Below are positions 31,041-41,747 of a stretch of 64,000 nucleotides of DNA, one piece after another. This stretch comes from Thecamonas trahens ATCC 50062 (taxonomy: Eukaryota; Protista; Apusomonadida). The stretch lies in contig NW_013657679.1 of assembly GCF_000142905.1 (NCBI RefSeq), positions 445,076 through 509,075 of the forward strand, given 5' to 3'. Under the pieces are notes generated by a model. The model saw only the letters and a list, made by a program, of their open reading frames with translations, did no database searches and was not told the origin of the DNA. Position numbers and translations under genes: made by a program. The first letter of the stretch is position 1. Every line of letters begins with the position of its first letter.

Positions 31041-33653
31041 TCAGTGCCGCAACAAATGATCCAACTTGCCTCTCTTTCTCCGCCCCCGGCCGCGCCCGCG
31101 CCCACGCTTGAACATCTGATGCTTGGTCTTGCCGCGAACGACCCGAGTGCCGGGTGCAAGGAGTTCGTCGCAAAAGATGCACCCATTGAGCCGGGCGAGG
31201 CCCGGGAGCGGGAGCTTGTCCTTGTGAAACTCGATAGCAAAGAGGTTCGCGCCGCACCCGCCGCACGGGTCGTCGCCGGTGAGGACCTTGACGTCGTGGG
31301 CACAGTCAGGCAGAGTGACGATGACGTTGCATCCGGTGCAGTGGAGCTTCCATACCGGTGCAGACATGGGCTCAAGCATGAGCGTGCCCGGGCAGCCGGG
31401 CGAGTCGTCATCGGCCACGGCGCGGACGCCTGCAGCCGAGCACGGGCCGACCGAAAAGTGGATGCCGGCGTAGCCACAGCCAGCCGCCTGACACGAGTCG
31501 CACGACATGCCGTCGGCAAAGGTAGGCGGCTCGAACGGACGGTTCGTGTAGCAGGCAGGGCAGACGAGGTAGCGGGCGCCCTTTTTGCCGAGCGAGTAGA
31601 GAACAAGCTCAAAGCCGTCGAGCGGACAGGTCTTCTCCTGGAAGAGCTTGATGATCCCATTGTTTGGCAGAGAATACGTCTCGTTGCATCGCGGGCAGTG
31701 GAGCCGCGACGGACGGTACATCAGCCGCATCACGTACTTGCACTTGCCGCACCGCGAGAGCGACTTGCCGGCGTCGGCGACCGGCGCGTAGTTGGCCTCA
31801 AACAGCGAGTCCATGAGCGAGACCGAGTCAACGAAAAAGTCAAACTTGGCCGCAAACGCGGCGATGCAGTGTGCCACGACGGCGTCCTTGTCGGCCACGC
31901 CCGAGGCAACGAGGTCGAGCTGGCTCTCCACGCTCGACCGGACGGTGGGCAGCACGAGCTCAGGATCGATCTTGTAGTACGAGTGGATGAGAACAATACC
32001 GAGCGTGGTCGGCTCGAGCCGGCGCCCGGCCACCACCTTGGCGTACCCGCGCTCCACAATGTTGTTGATGTGGGTGGGGCACGAGGCGTCGGTCCCGATG
32101 CTGTGCCGCTCCATGAGCGAGATGAGCTCCGACTCGGAGAGGAGGCCCGGCGGGCTTGTCTCGCCGGACCTGACCACAATGTCGGTGAGCGTGTACTCGG
32201 TCTCCGGCGAAAGCGGCGGCAGCGCCTTGCCGGCCGGCATGAGATGTGGGAGGAGAGCGCAGAAGCCCTCGTCAATGACAATGAGACCCTTGACGTGGAA
32301 GAGCTCGGTCTCGCCTGACGGCGCAGCAATGCTAAATGCAGCGGTCTGGTGCTCGACTACGCAGTCGGGTGAGACGGTGGCGATAAAGTGGCGGGCGACG
32401 TAGTCGTAGACCCGCCAGGCGTCGCCAACAAGCTCGTCCTCGGACGCCGCGCGCATCGGCACAATGGGTGGATGGTCGCCGGCGTCAACGCCGGCGCGCG
32501 ACGGCGCGAGGCCGGACCTCAGCAGCGAGGTGACGTACCCGCCCCAGACCCGCGACCGACGCTGCTCCTCGAGTAGCGCATGGAGCTCAAAGCCCGGTGG
32601 GTACGCCGTTGTCTCCGTTCGCGGGTACGAGATGTAGCCGTCGATGTAGAGCCGCTCGGCAACAGCCATGGCCGCCTTGGGTCCGATGCCGAGTCCAGCC
32701 GAGCAGACCTTGAGCAGCCCGACCGTGTTGAGCGCTATTGGGCGTGGCTTCTTCTTGCGCTTGCGGCTCACGCTTGTGCAGAGCGCGGCTGTGGCGCCGT
32801 CGAGGGCGGCGGCGTAGGCCTGGACGACTGCAGCGTCAAAGACACGGCCGCGGGTCCAGTCGAGCGAGATGAGCGCGCCGCCGCCGGGCGGCGAAAACCT
32901 CGGCATGAGCTGCCAGTACGTCTCGGGCTGAAAGGCGTTGATGGCGTCGCGGCGGGCGACGACAAAGTTGAGGGTCGGCGTCTGGCACGGGCCGTACGAG
33001 ATGAGCTCGGATGGCAGGTTGCCGTACTTTGCGGTGAGGTGCCGGGTCTGGAAGCGAGTAAAGGCGACGCCGATGCGAAGGTCGAGCTCCTGGCGGGCGT
33101 CGACCGCCGCGGCCTCGTCCGGGTTGGGCTCGACGAGACTGCTCATGGCGCGGGCGACCTCGGAGCGAGTGACGGCTGAGAAGCGGGCACGAAAGACGGT
33201 GCGCGAGGCAAAGGCCTTGTGAGGAACGAGACGATCGCGGACGTTGTCAAGGACCTCAAAGCAGATGTTCTCGCCCTCGCGGTCGCAGTCGAGCCAGAGG
33301 ACCACCGCAGCTGCGCCCTTGGCCTCGGCCTGCAGATGCTTGCACACCCGGCTCTTGGGATTGGCTCGCTTCTTGGTCACCGTGGCAACGCTGAAGAGAT
33401 CGCGCGGTGGCGTGGCGTCCCACGACTGGAACTGCGGGTCAAAGTCGAGCGAGTACACATGCCCGATGACCGCCGTCACCCGAAAGAGCACCCGGGTGCC
33501 GGCAAAGCTGCCCTCAAACTCGTGGACAGGCAGCGAGCGCGAGACGGTCGAGTCGCGGGTGACGACCTCCATGCCCTCGGGCGCCGCGTACATGGCCACC
33601 GCCCGCGCAATGGACGGCTTCTCGCCCACCATGAGCACCACCGGGAGGGTCAT
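31041..33653 (-). CDS. TOP3B: DNA topoisomerase III beta
   Basis: VLMVGEKPSIA, WLDCDREGENI, SYGPCQTPTL, GYISYPRTET, DAGDHPPI, IGTDAS, C-terminal Cys clusters and an RG-rich tail typical of TOP3B. Confidence 0.95.
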   Translation of the reverse strand: MTLPVVLMVGEKPSIARAVAMYAAPEGMEVVTRDSTVSRSLPVHEFEGSFAGTRVLFRVTAVIGHVYSLDFDPQFQSWDATPPRDLFSVATVTKKRANPKSRVCKHLQAEAKGAAAVVLWLDCDREGENICFEVLDNVRDRLVPHKAFASRTVFRARFSAVTRSEVARAMSSLVEPNPDEAAAVDARQELDLRIGVAFTRFQTRHLTAKYGNLPSELISYGPCQTPTLNFVVARRDAINAFQPETYWQLMPRFSPPGGGALISLDWTRGRVFDAAVVQAYAAALDGATAALCTSVSRKRKKKPRPIALNTVGLLKVCSAGLGIGPKAAMAVAERLYIDGYISYPRTETTAYPPGFELHALLEEQRRSRVWGGYVTSLLRSGLAPSRAGVDAGDHPPIVPMRAASEDELVGDAWRVYDYVARHFIATVSPDCVVEHQTAAFSIAAPSGETELFHVKGLIVIDEGFCALLPHLMPAGKALPPLSPETEYTLTDIVVRSGETSPPGLLSESELISLMERHSIGTDASCPTHINNIVERGYAKVVAGRRLEPTTLGIVLIHSYYKIDPELVLPTVRSSVESQLDLVASGVADKDAVVAHCIAAFAAKFDFFVDSVSLMDSLFEANYAPVADAGKSLSRCGKCKYVMRLMYRPSRLHCPRCNETYSLPNNGIIKLFQEKTCPLDGFELVLYSLGKKGARYLVCPACYTNRPFEPPTFADGMSCDSCQAAGCGYAGIHFSVGPCSAAGVRAVADDDSPGCPGTLMLEPMSAPVWKLHCTGCNVIVTLPDCAHDVKVLTGDDPCGGCGANLFAIEFHKDKLPLPGLARLNGCIFCDELLAPGTRVVRGKTKHQMFKRGRGRGRGRRKRGKLDHLLRH

Positions 33654-34105
33654 GGCGTTGGTGCGTGGAAGAGTGGTGGCAGTGACAGCGTGTTAGGGAC
33701 GGGTGGCCGCCACACACGCCTAGGCCCGCATCAGCTATGCTGGGCAGTGCCATGCCGTCAACCAGCAGTCGGCCGGCGAGTCGCTCGGCCGTCCTGCGCG
33801 GCGCGGGCATCTCCACAGCCATTGCCATCTCCACGCCCACGGCTGTGAGCAAAAGTCAGTGACAACACCAGATGGCCTCACAAGCGGTTCCAAGCGCCTC
33901 TCCTGGTGAGACCTTGGGCAATGGGCTGGATTGGCCATGGCACTGCTTGCGTGACCAGTGGCGCAGCCCAAATTGACCCAATCCCTGCCGCCGCTGCGCT
34001 GCCACGCATGGCTTCGTCAACTTTGCAACCGTGACCTCACCACCACCGCCACACAGGCACCAGCACGCTGGCATACTTGACTCCACCCCTGCTCACTCAC
34101 TAGCT

Positions 34106-35554
34106 ATGGCAAAGAGCACGGGCAAGAGCAAGGGCAAGAGCAAGGGCGGGAAGCGCAGGGCAAAGATGGCGGTGCCTGGCAAGAAGGGCGACGCGTCGGG
34201 CTCGGGCTCGACCACCATCGTCCTGGCGCTCGTTGTTGCCGCCGTTGCTGTTGCGGCTGCGGTGTATACGTCGGTCAGAGTGGGGTTGGGATCGGGCGGA
34301 GATGGCGCTGGTGCTGGCGCTGGTGGGTCTGGTGAGGCTTGGATTGACAACGCTGGTGAGCTGCCGCGGCCGTCGCGGAACGTGACCATGTCGCGGATTG
34401 TGCGGACGCCGACGTCTGCCGAGGACGACTGGGGTGTGTGGAAGACGCGCGACTGCGATGTGCTAGTCGATGAGTGGCTGTACAAGGTCAGCGTGCCTTT
34501 CCGCGGCTACCATGTGGTGTGCTTCAACCCGGCTGAGCCGGGATCGGTCTCGGACAAGATGCCGACCGAGCTGGTGATGAAGGCGTACCGGGACGGGCAA
34601 AAGTCGCGCCAAGTGACGGCGACGGTGTCGGGCAAGTCGACCAAGACGCTCCGGGCCGACATCACAGCTGCGCTCAAGATTGCGCCGATTGAGCCGGGCC
34701 GTGAGCACCGGCAGCCGTGGGCGTTCTTTACCAACCAGGCGCGGCGGGCGTCGACCAAGGCGCAGGTCGAACAGGTCATGCTCCTGTTTGAGGGCGGGCA
34801 GTGGCTCTGGCCGGGCATCGAAATCGGCCACATGTGGGAGATCGAGAACCTTGTTGACGGTGCGCCGAACCTTGTGCTCGAGACACTCGAGCTCCAGCCG
34901 CTCGTTCTCTCTGTCCACCACTTCCTCGCCCTCTCCGAGTGCGACTACATTGTGGGCAAGGCCAAGCCGCACTTTTTCACCTCGGAGGTCGCGCACCAGG
35001 ACAAAGACATCGGCAAAGACTCTTCAACATGGCGCACCTCGGAGCAGCACTGGCTCAAGTCGACGACGCCGGCGCTCAAGTTCATCGACCGCCGCATCGA
35101 GGAGCTCGTCCGCGTGCCCGAGGCCAACTTTGAGGCCACCCAGGTGCTCCAGTACATCGGGACCGGCTCGCGCTACGTCATGCACCACGACTACTTTGAC
35201 GTCAATGCGTATCGGCAGAACGCGCAGCTGCAGCGCGCTTACAAGTACGGTGCCGTCAACCGGCTGGCCACCGTCTTTGAGTACTGCTCAACCGTTCGCA
35301 GCGGCGGGCACACCGTCTTTGGCCGCGCCGGCGGCCTCCCGCAGCCAGCCGACTTTGCCGACTGCAACCACGGCCTGCGCGTCGCGCCCGAAAAGGGCCG
35401 CGTCATCATCTTCTACTCGCTCCATCCCAACGGCGCCACCGACGAGTTCTCTCTCCACGGCGGTTGTCCGCCACTCCCCAACGACGATGGCTCAGGCCCA
35501 GACATCAAGCACTCGGCCAACAAGTGGGTTTGGAACGCGCCGACCGGGTTCTGA
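34106..35554 (+). CDS. Prolyl 4-hydroxylase (type II membrane 2OG-Fe(II) dioxygenase)
   Basis: Basic N-terminus plus TM helix; HHFLALSECD, RTS, EATQVLQY, HHDYFD, RLATV, GGHTVF, SLHGGCP and K..ANKWV. Confidence 0.9.
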   Translation: MAKSTGKSKGKSKGGKRRAKMAVPGKKGDASGSGSTTIVLALVVAAVAVAAAVYTSVRVGLGSGGDGAGAGAGGSGEAWIDNAGELPRPSRNVTMSRIVRTPTSAEDDWGVWKTRDCDVLVDEWLYKVSVPFRGYHVVCFNPAEPGSVSDKMPTELVMKAYRDGQKSRQVTATVSGKSTKTLRADITAALKIAPIEPGREHRQPWAFFTNQARRASTKAQVEQVMLLFEGGQWLWPGIEIGHMWEIENLVDGAPNLVLETLELQPLVLSVHHFLALSECDYIVGKAKPHFFTSEVAHQDKDIGKDSSTWRTSEQHWLKSTTPALKFIDRRIEELVRVPEANFEATQVLQYIGTGSRYVMHHDYFDVNAYRQNAQLQRAYKYGAVNRLATVFEYCSTVRSGGHTVFGRAGGLPQPADFADCNHGLRVAPEKGRVIIFYSLHPNGATDEFSLHGGCPPLPNDDGSGPDIKHSANKWVWNAPTGF

Positions 35555-35800
35555 TCACTGTCAAGCCTCTCCGGCCAGACAAGCTGCCGCAGGTCTTTAC
35601 AGTCGTAAACTCGATCAACATCCGTTGAGCCGCGAGCAGCGCCTCTCCCATCGACCAGGTTCCTTGACCAGGTTTGTCTGCAGTGCCACGTCCCACGTGA
35701 CCGCACCGCCACCCGTCTCGACTCCTGCTCCCCGCCGCACACACCCGAACACATACACACGCACACATACACACACACCGCATATACATACACATACAGG

Positions 35801-38128
35801 ATGGCCAAAAAGTACGACGACCTTCTGTTCGGTGACCTCGACGCGGCCGCGGCAACGTCGGCCACCTCACCGGGCTCGCTCACCGACATAGCCAACACGC
35901 TGGAGAGCGTGACCGCCAACGCGACCGGAGCGCCAAAGGCGGCGCCTGCTGCTGCGTCGGAAACGGATGCACGTGCTACAGAGCTGGCTGCAGACGTGCC
36001 GGTTGTCTCGGAGGCCCGGCGCAAGAAGCGGAGACGGGCGCGGACTCTGACCAAGGCCGAAACCGAGCTGAAAGAGGCGCAGGCGCGTGGCACGCTGCTC
36101 GCGCCAATCGATGCCTCACTGCTGTACGATATCGGCCCAGCGTCCGCGAGCGAGGCCGCAAATGCACAGGGTCTCTCGGCTTCGCTGTTTTCCATGGCCC
36201 AGGCCGGCGTTCTCTGCGATGCCACGCTGGTCGTGTCGGGCGTGGATGAGCTCGAGGCAGCGACGCCCGAGACGCCGGTTGTCGAGCTCACCGTCCACCG
36301 CGCGGTGCTGGCCGCGGTCTCAACTGCCTTCCGCAGCGCGTTTGACAGCGATGCCGGCGGCGCCGATTGCCGGCTTCCGGTTGCCGGCTTTGACGTTGAG
36401 CTCTTTGCGGCCATGATCGAGTTTGTGTATCTCGGCTGCGTGCGGGTCTTTGTCGAGGCACGCAGCGACGGCAAGCGGCCCGAGAGCGTGCTCATCGACT
36501 TGCTGCGCATTGGCATGCGGTTCCGGATTGTGCAGCTGGTTGCCGCCGTCGCTACCGAGACCATCAAGCGTGTCTGTGTTTCCAACTGCGTTGAGCTCCT
36601 GCTGGCCGCGCGGTCGATGCTGCTGGGTGACGACGAGGTGCCGGGCGCGCGCTACCTTTGCGCCCTCGCCAACGTCTGCCTCCACACCATCCGCATCAAT
36701 CTCGACGCCTTTGCCGGCAAGCAGCTCCTCCCGCTCTGCCTCGAGGACCTTGTCGCCATCCTTGGCTCGTCGGACGTCTCGGTCTCGTCCGAAGCTGTTG
36801 TTGTTGACGTCGCCTTTGCGTGGATGAAGGCGACCAAGAAGCGGTTCAAGCACAAGGACGTGGTCCTCAACCTCATCCGCTACTACGCGCTGACCGAGGA
36901 CGAGCTGTTGGCGACCCGCGGCATGCTCAACAAGGCCATGAACGCGTCGATCATCGATGTTCAACTCGCTGCGGTGGCCGGCGGCGACATGGCTGCGCCG
37001 CCGCGTCGCCACTACGTCCACGCCAAGACGTGCATGCCGACCCACGAGCTGCGCGGCTCAGGCGCGCCGCTCTTCTGCGTCTCGCTCGCCGACAGTCGCA
37101 TCTTTGTCTCGGGCGCCGCCGACGGCACAGTCTCGGTCTGGTCGGTCAAAGGCTGGAAGCGGCTCAAGGTGATGGAGGGACACAAGGGCCCGGTCCGCGG
37201 CGCCGTCGTCTGCGGTACGACCCTGTACTCAGTCTCACACGACCGCTCAATCCGCGGCTGGGATGTGGTGGCGTGGGAGCCGACAACCTCGCTGTTTTCA
37301 GCCCACCAGGCCCCCATCTGGTCCGTCGCCGAGTACGATCTTATGCTTGTGACCGGCGACGCGTCTGGCGTTATCAAGGTTTGGCAAGAGGACGACGGCG
37401 TCGACATCTTCAACGGTGGCGTGACCGGTACCGGCCTCTCGCAGATCGCCACCCTCAAGGACCATACCGGCGGCATCGTGGCCATGGCCACCTCGGACGC
37501 CTCGCTGTACTCGGCCTCGGACGACGCCACGGTTCGCATCTGGAACATCATGAACCAGACGTGCCTCAAGGTCCTCTCCATCGGCTCGACGCCGCTTACC
37601 ACCATTGCGGCCTCGCCACTCATGGTTGCCGCCGCCTACGTTGATGGCTCGGTCCACGTCTGGCGCAAGAACAAGGCTGGGCCTGGCACGGCCAAGGACG
37701 ACCCGGCCGGCACCGGCGGCGCCGCCTCGATGCGCTCCTTTGACATTGCTGCCTCGGACTCGGGACGCACCGTCCGCGCCCTCCTCTTTATCGACGACCT
37801 CGAGACGGACACGCCCTCGCGTTACGTCCTCACCGGCGCCACAGACGGCGTCATCAAGGTCTGGGACGTGTGTCCCGACTCGGGCCACCAGGCCGCACCG
37901 TCTTTCTCGGACGCCGAGCAGCACGTCGATGCTGACGTCGACGCCAGTCGGTCCTCGGCCTCGACCACCGCTGATCCCAACGATGCAGACTCAAGCAATG
38001 GTCCTGTGGATGCAGTCCTTGTCCGCATCCTCGACGTCCATGCCCAGTCGGTCAACGGGCTCGTCGGCTCCGGCTCAGGCTTCTTCGTCTCAGCCTCGTC
38101 CGACGGCACCGCCCGTGTCTGGGAATGA
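35801..38128 (+). CDS. BTB-BACK-WD40 protein (probable Cullin-3 adaptor)
   Basis: LCDATLVV...VHRAVLAAVSTAFRSAF (BTB), VSNCVEL...VSSEAVVVDVAFAWM (BACK), then WD40 repeats (GHKGPV...SHDRSIRGWD, DHTGGI...SDDATVRIWN, SSDGTARVWE). Confidence 0.85.
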   Translation: MAKKYDDLLFGDLDAAAATSATSPGSLTDIANTLESVTANATGAPKAAPAAASETDARATELAADVPVVSEARRKKRRRARTLTKAETELKEAQARGTLLAPIDASLLYDIGPASASEAANAQGLSASLFSMAQAGVLCDATLVVSGVDELEAATPETPVVELTVHRAVLAAVSTAFRSAFDSDAGGADCRLPVAGFDVELFAAMIEFVYLGCVRVFVEARSDGKRPESVLIDLLRIGMRFRIVQLVAAVATETIKRVCVSNCVELLLAARSMLLGDDEVPGARYLCALANVCLHTIRINLDAFAGKQLLPLCLEDLVAILGSSDVSVSSEAVVVDVAFAWMKATKKRFKHKDVVLNLIRYYALTEDELLATRGMLNKAMNASIIDVQLAAVAGGDMAAPPRRHYVHAKTCMPTHELRGSGAPLFCVSLADSRIFVSGAADGTVSVWSVKGWKRLKVMEGHKGPVRGAVVCGTTLYSVSHDRSIRGWDVVAWEPTTSLFSAHQAPIWSVAEYDLMLVTGDASGVIKVWQEDDGVDIFNGGVTGTGLSQIATLKDHTGGIVAMATSDASLYSASDDATVRIWNIMNQTCLKVLSIGSTPLTTIAASPLMVAAAYVDGSVHVWRKNKAGPGTAKDDPAGTGGAASMRSFDIAASDSGRTVRALLFIDDLETDTPSRYVLTGATDGVIKVWDVCPDSGHQAAPSFSDAEQHVDADVDASRSSASTTADPNDADSSNGPVDAVLVRILDVHAQSVNGLVGSGSGFFVSASSDGTARVWE

Positions 38129-38221
38129 ATGAGTCACGACAGCAGCGGAAGCAGCCAGAGAGTCCCGAGTGACAGCCACCTCACCACCCACACAGCCACA
38201 CCCACACACCCACACACATAC

Positions 38222-39175
38222 ATGCGCTCCGGCGGCATGCAGGCGCCCATGGGTCGACGCTGTGGGGTTGTAATGGTGGTGGCGGCCCTCTTATTGGTGG
38301 CGGTCCGCGGCTGCCAGGTCGGCGGAGGAGTGCTCGGCGTGGCCGACAACGCAGCGACGCTCATCGCCCGCCCGCCGTCGCTGAGCTCGGTCTACGGCCG
38401 GGCGCATGTCAACGTGGTGCCCAAAGAAGAAAGCGCGGGTGACATGGTATGGCGCCCGGTGGCTGGCGAGCCGTGCGTGTGGCGCGGGTCGGTGGCTAGT
38501 CCGGCGTCGGCCACCTCCGCGCCAACAGTCTCGGTAGCCGCGCTGGGCGGCGGCGAGCTGAACGTGACGCTCGAGCTGCCAGCGCTTGGTGGCTCGCTGC
38601 GGCCGAGCGACAGGCTCGTGGTAGAAGTGCGGGTCGGTTGGTTGGAGGCTGATCTCGGCTCGGCGTGGAGAGCCCAGGTCTCGCTCCCGCCACTCTCCTG
38701 GGACTACGACAAAGTTCTGCGGCTCGGGCCGGCAAGCCTAAGCCTGGACGCAGTCTTCTCCCTCGACGCGCGAGTGCCCGCGTCTGCGCTTGCGGATGCA
38801 GGTGCCAACCCGTTGTTGCAGCGGAGCGGCTCGTCGGCTTCCGCCGTCTTTAATCTCTCGCTGCCGCTCCCAAACGGGAACTCGCCGCAAGCGCAGGCGG
38901 TCTCGTTTGTCATGACGGCGGTTGTCGAGCGCGGGGCGTGGACTTCGCTCAACATGTCACCCGCCGCTGCCCTGGTTCTCTTTCTCCTCCTTGTCGTGGT
39001 GGTTTGCCTTCTCCCGATCGGTGGCTTGTGTCTGCGCCGTCGGCGCCGCCGCGCCACTGCCGCCGCTGCCGTTACGCCGAACAAGGCCAGCGGCAAGGAG
39101 AGCTCGACCGAGTTGATCACCGACGACTGGATGTCGAGCACCTCTTCGTCGCTTCATACCTCGGACTTTTTGTAG
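38222..39175 (+). CDS. Hypothetical type I membrane protein
   Basis: Signal-like VVMVVAALLLVAVRG, C-terminal TM (AALVLFLLLVVVVCLLPIGGLCL) and an RRRRRR stop-transfer. Start codon uncertain (38129, 38222 or 38237). Confidence 0.65.
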   Translation: MRSGGMQAPMGRRCGVVMVVAALLLVAVRGCQVGGGVLGVADNAATLIARPPSLSSVYGRAHVNVVPKEESAGDMVWRPVAGEPCVWRGSVASPASATSAPTVSVAALGGGELNVTLELPALGGSLRPSDRLVVEVRVGWLEADLGSAWRAQVSLPPLSWDYDKVLRLGPASLSLDAVFSLDARVPASALADAGANPLLQRSGSSASAVFNLSLPLPNGNSPQAQAVSFVMTAVVERGAWTSLNMSPAAALVLFLLLVVVVCLLPIGGLCLRRRRRRATAAAAVTPNKASGKESSTELITDDWMSSTSSSLHTSDFL

Positions 39176-39209
39176 TTGTTGGTCTTCAATGCGGTCGGTT
39201 GAGCAGGCG

Positions 39210-41444
39210 TCAAGCGCCGCGGGAGCGGGCGTGGCGGCGCTTCTTCTCTTTGCTCTTCCGGCGGTCGCGCTTGGCGGAACTTGCGCCCGACTTGGTCTCC
39301 TTGGTGGCTTCGTCCGGGTTCTCGTCCTCGGTCTGTGTGCCTGCGTCGAGGCCGCGTGAGAGGAACTGCTGGGCAAAGTCTGCTGTGTCCTTGGGCTTGA
39401 GGACGCGCGCGACGACTTGGTTGATCTTGGCGTGCTTGTGCGAGACGTAGCGTTGCCAGCGGTGGAGCTCAAGCTCCATGGTTGGTCGGAGCTTCTCTTG
39501 GATCTCGAGCTTGCAGATGGCGAGAACCGACTTGATCTGGAGGACGGTGCGGATGTCGGCATCGACATGGAGCACGATGCGCGAGAGCGTGTGCAGGACA
39601 GGGAGGAAGGTCGGGAGTGGGCCCTCGTCGTACTCTGCGGCAACAAGGCCGGTGACGTGATTAGAGCCTCCCGAGACCGCCGACGCCGAGGGCATCATCT
39701 GGTCCGAGTCGAGCGAAGCCACCGACGACGAGAGCTCCGGTAGCTGCGGGCGCCGAACAGGGCGCCGCTTGAAGCGGAGGCACGCGCGCGCCACAAAGGC
39801 GTAGCGGCGGGCCAGGAAGACGCGAACTTTGACGCCGCGGTACCACGACTGGATGCGGACGGCGGCGTTGTACATGGTAAGGTAGGTGAGGAGAATGTCG
39901 CGGTGGAAAAAGTGCACAAAGGTCTCAATCTGGGACTCGGGTAGCTTGGAGGCGAGCACGCCCTGGATGGTAGAGAGATTGGCAAGGTAGAGCGAATGAC
40001 AAAGTTGTGAGGTCTTCTCCATTCGCTTGTGCAGCTCCTTGTTCTGGTTGAGGAGGGCAAGGACGCGCTTGCCAATGATGACGTTCTCCTCCATGAGCGT
40101 CTGCTTCTCGGACGACATGGTCGCCAGAATGCCCGACTGCATGGCGAGCGTGGCCTCGGCCTGCGCAAACTGAGAGTTGACCGACTTGAGCTCGGCGAGA
40201 AGCTTCTCGTTGATGTCCTGGAACTGCTTCTTGGCCAGGCCTTTGAGCGGGTGGGCAAACTCGGCGTCACAGTACTCGCGCATTAGGCCGACGTTGGCGG
40301 AGAGTCGGCGCTCGTCCTCAAGTCGGGCCACCTGCGCGGTGAGCAAGTCGTTGGTCTCCTTCACCCGGTTGAGTTCCTGCAGGAGCGCCAGTGCGTTGGC
40401 TGGCGAGACCTGCGACGGCGGGCTGCCGCCGATGTTGGCCTCGCGCCAGGCCTTGAGCTCGTCGCCAAAGTCGTTACGGAGGAGCGGATCCTGCAACCAG
40501 GTGTCGAGATCGGCGAGCGTGGTCGGATCTGGCAGCTCGGTCGGTGGGCGGACAAGGAGTGCCAGGCTGGGATTCGCCGCCAGGTTGTGCTTGGCAACAA
40601 GGGCGCGGTGGGCGGCGAGCTCGTTCTGCAGTGCCATGGTGAGGACTCGAAGGAAGGTCTCGTCCGACTCGCCAAAGTATCTGTTGAGCAGCGGGTCGCA
40701 GGCAAAACGCTGCTCGCGCGACCGCAGCTTGGTGTTCTCCTGCTTGAGCCTGTTGTTGTCGCGGATGATGTGCGGGAGGTCGCCGTACTCCTCCACCACA
40801 CGAGCCAGGTGCTCGTTGGCCTCGAAGCGGAGGAGCTTCTTCTTGAGCACGACAATGAGCTGCTCAAGCCGCTCAAACTTGAGCTCCATCAGCATCCACT
40901 TGCGCCCGTTGTCGTCGGCCGGCAGCGACGGCGCCATCAGGTTCTGCGGCTCGTCGGTGACGAGCTCGTTGACCCGGATATCGTTCTCGATGGCCTCCAC
41001 GTCGCCTTGCAGCTTGTCGGCCGAGAGCGAGACGGGCACAAACGAAAACTGCTCGTACATCGACGTCACCTTGTGCTGCGCCTTGAGCTCGGCACGGAGC
41101 GTCTTCTCGCGCGCTTCCATCATGGTCAGCCGCGCCTGGAGATCGGCCACCGAGTCGAGGAGCTCGCCGTTGACGTCGCGGTAGCCGCGGCAGAGGCCCT
41201 GCAAGTCCTTGACAAACTTCTGCCGCTCACGCGGCGTCATAAACGCGTTCTGCTCTACCTGCTGTAGCCGCGCCCACTTGCTCTCCAGCGCAACCATCTT
41301 GGCTCCGGGCTCGCCGTCGCCGTCCCCGCTTGCCCCGCCTCGGCCGGCCGCCTCCCGCGAGCTCGGTGCCGGCTGTGTCTTCAGCGCCTCGGGCTGCGCC
41401 AGCCGCAGCTGGTCGGTACCCACCGTCCGAATGTGCCGCGACAT
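39210..41444 (-). CDS. Coiled-coil protein with an IQ calmodulin-binding motif
   Basis: Long heptad regions; AAVRIQSWYRGVKVR matches the IQ consensus. Confidence 0.75.
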   Translation of the reverse strand: MSRHIRTVGTDQLRLAQPEALKTQPAPSSREAAGRGGASGDGDGEPGAKMVALESKWARLQQVEQNAFMTPRERQKFVKDLQGLCRGYRDVNGELLDSVADLQARLTMMEAREKTLRAELKAQHKVTSMYEQFSFVPVSLSADKLQGDVEAIENDIRVNELVTDEPQNLMAPSLPADDNGRKWMLMELKFERLEQLIVVLKKKLLRFEANEHLARVVEEYGDLPHIIRDNNRLKQENTKLRSREQRFACDPLLNRYFGESDETFLRVLTMALQNELAAHRALVAKHNLAANPSLALLVRPPTELPDPTTLADLDTWLQDPLLRNDFGDELKAWREANIGGSPPSQVSPANALALLQELNRVKETNDLLTAQVARLEDERRLSANVGLMREYCDAEFAHPLKGLAKKQFQDINEKLLAELKSVNSQFAQAEATLAMQSGILATMSSEKQTLMEENVIIGKRVLALLNQNKELHKRMEKTSQLCHSLYLANLSTIQGVLASKLPESQIETFVHFFHRDILLTYLTMYNAAVRIQSWYRGVKVRVFLARRYAFVARACLRFKRRPVRRPQLPELSSSVASLDSDQMMPSASAVSGGSNHVTGLVAAEYDEGPLPTFLPVLHTLSRIVLHVDADIRTVLQIKSVLAICKLEIQEKLRPTMELELHRWQRYVSHKHAKINQVVARVLKPKDTADFAQQFLSRGLDAGTQTEDENPDEATKETKSGASSAKRDRRKSKEKKRRHARSRGA

Positions 41445-41747
41445 GACGTGTCTCTCTGGCCGCAATGAAGGGTGGGAGGTGTGGAAGGAAGGTGGCGTGG
41501 GTGGTGAGAGGTGCCAGCAGTGAGACTGCGCCCGCCCGCAACGGCCGAGAGCCGGTGGCACCCGACGGTACGTCAGTCTCTGTGGAGCCCATCGAATTTG
41601 GGCCCATTTCGTCGGTCACGTGAGAGTTTGGCAGACGAGTGGCGGCTACGATCCGGCGAGGGGTTGGACATGTGCATGGGTACGAGGGGGTGAGGTGGTC
41701 AGGAGTAGGCCACACCTCGCTCCGTCGTCCGACGCAAGGCTGTGGAG

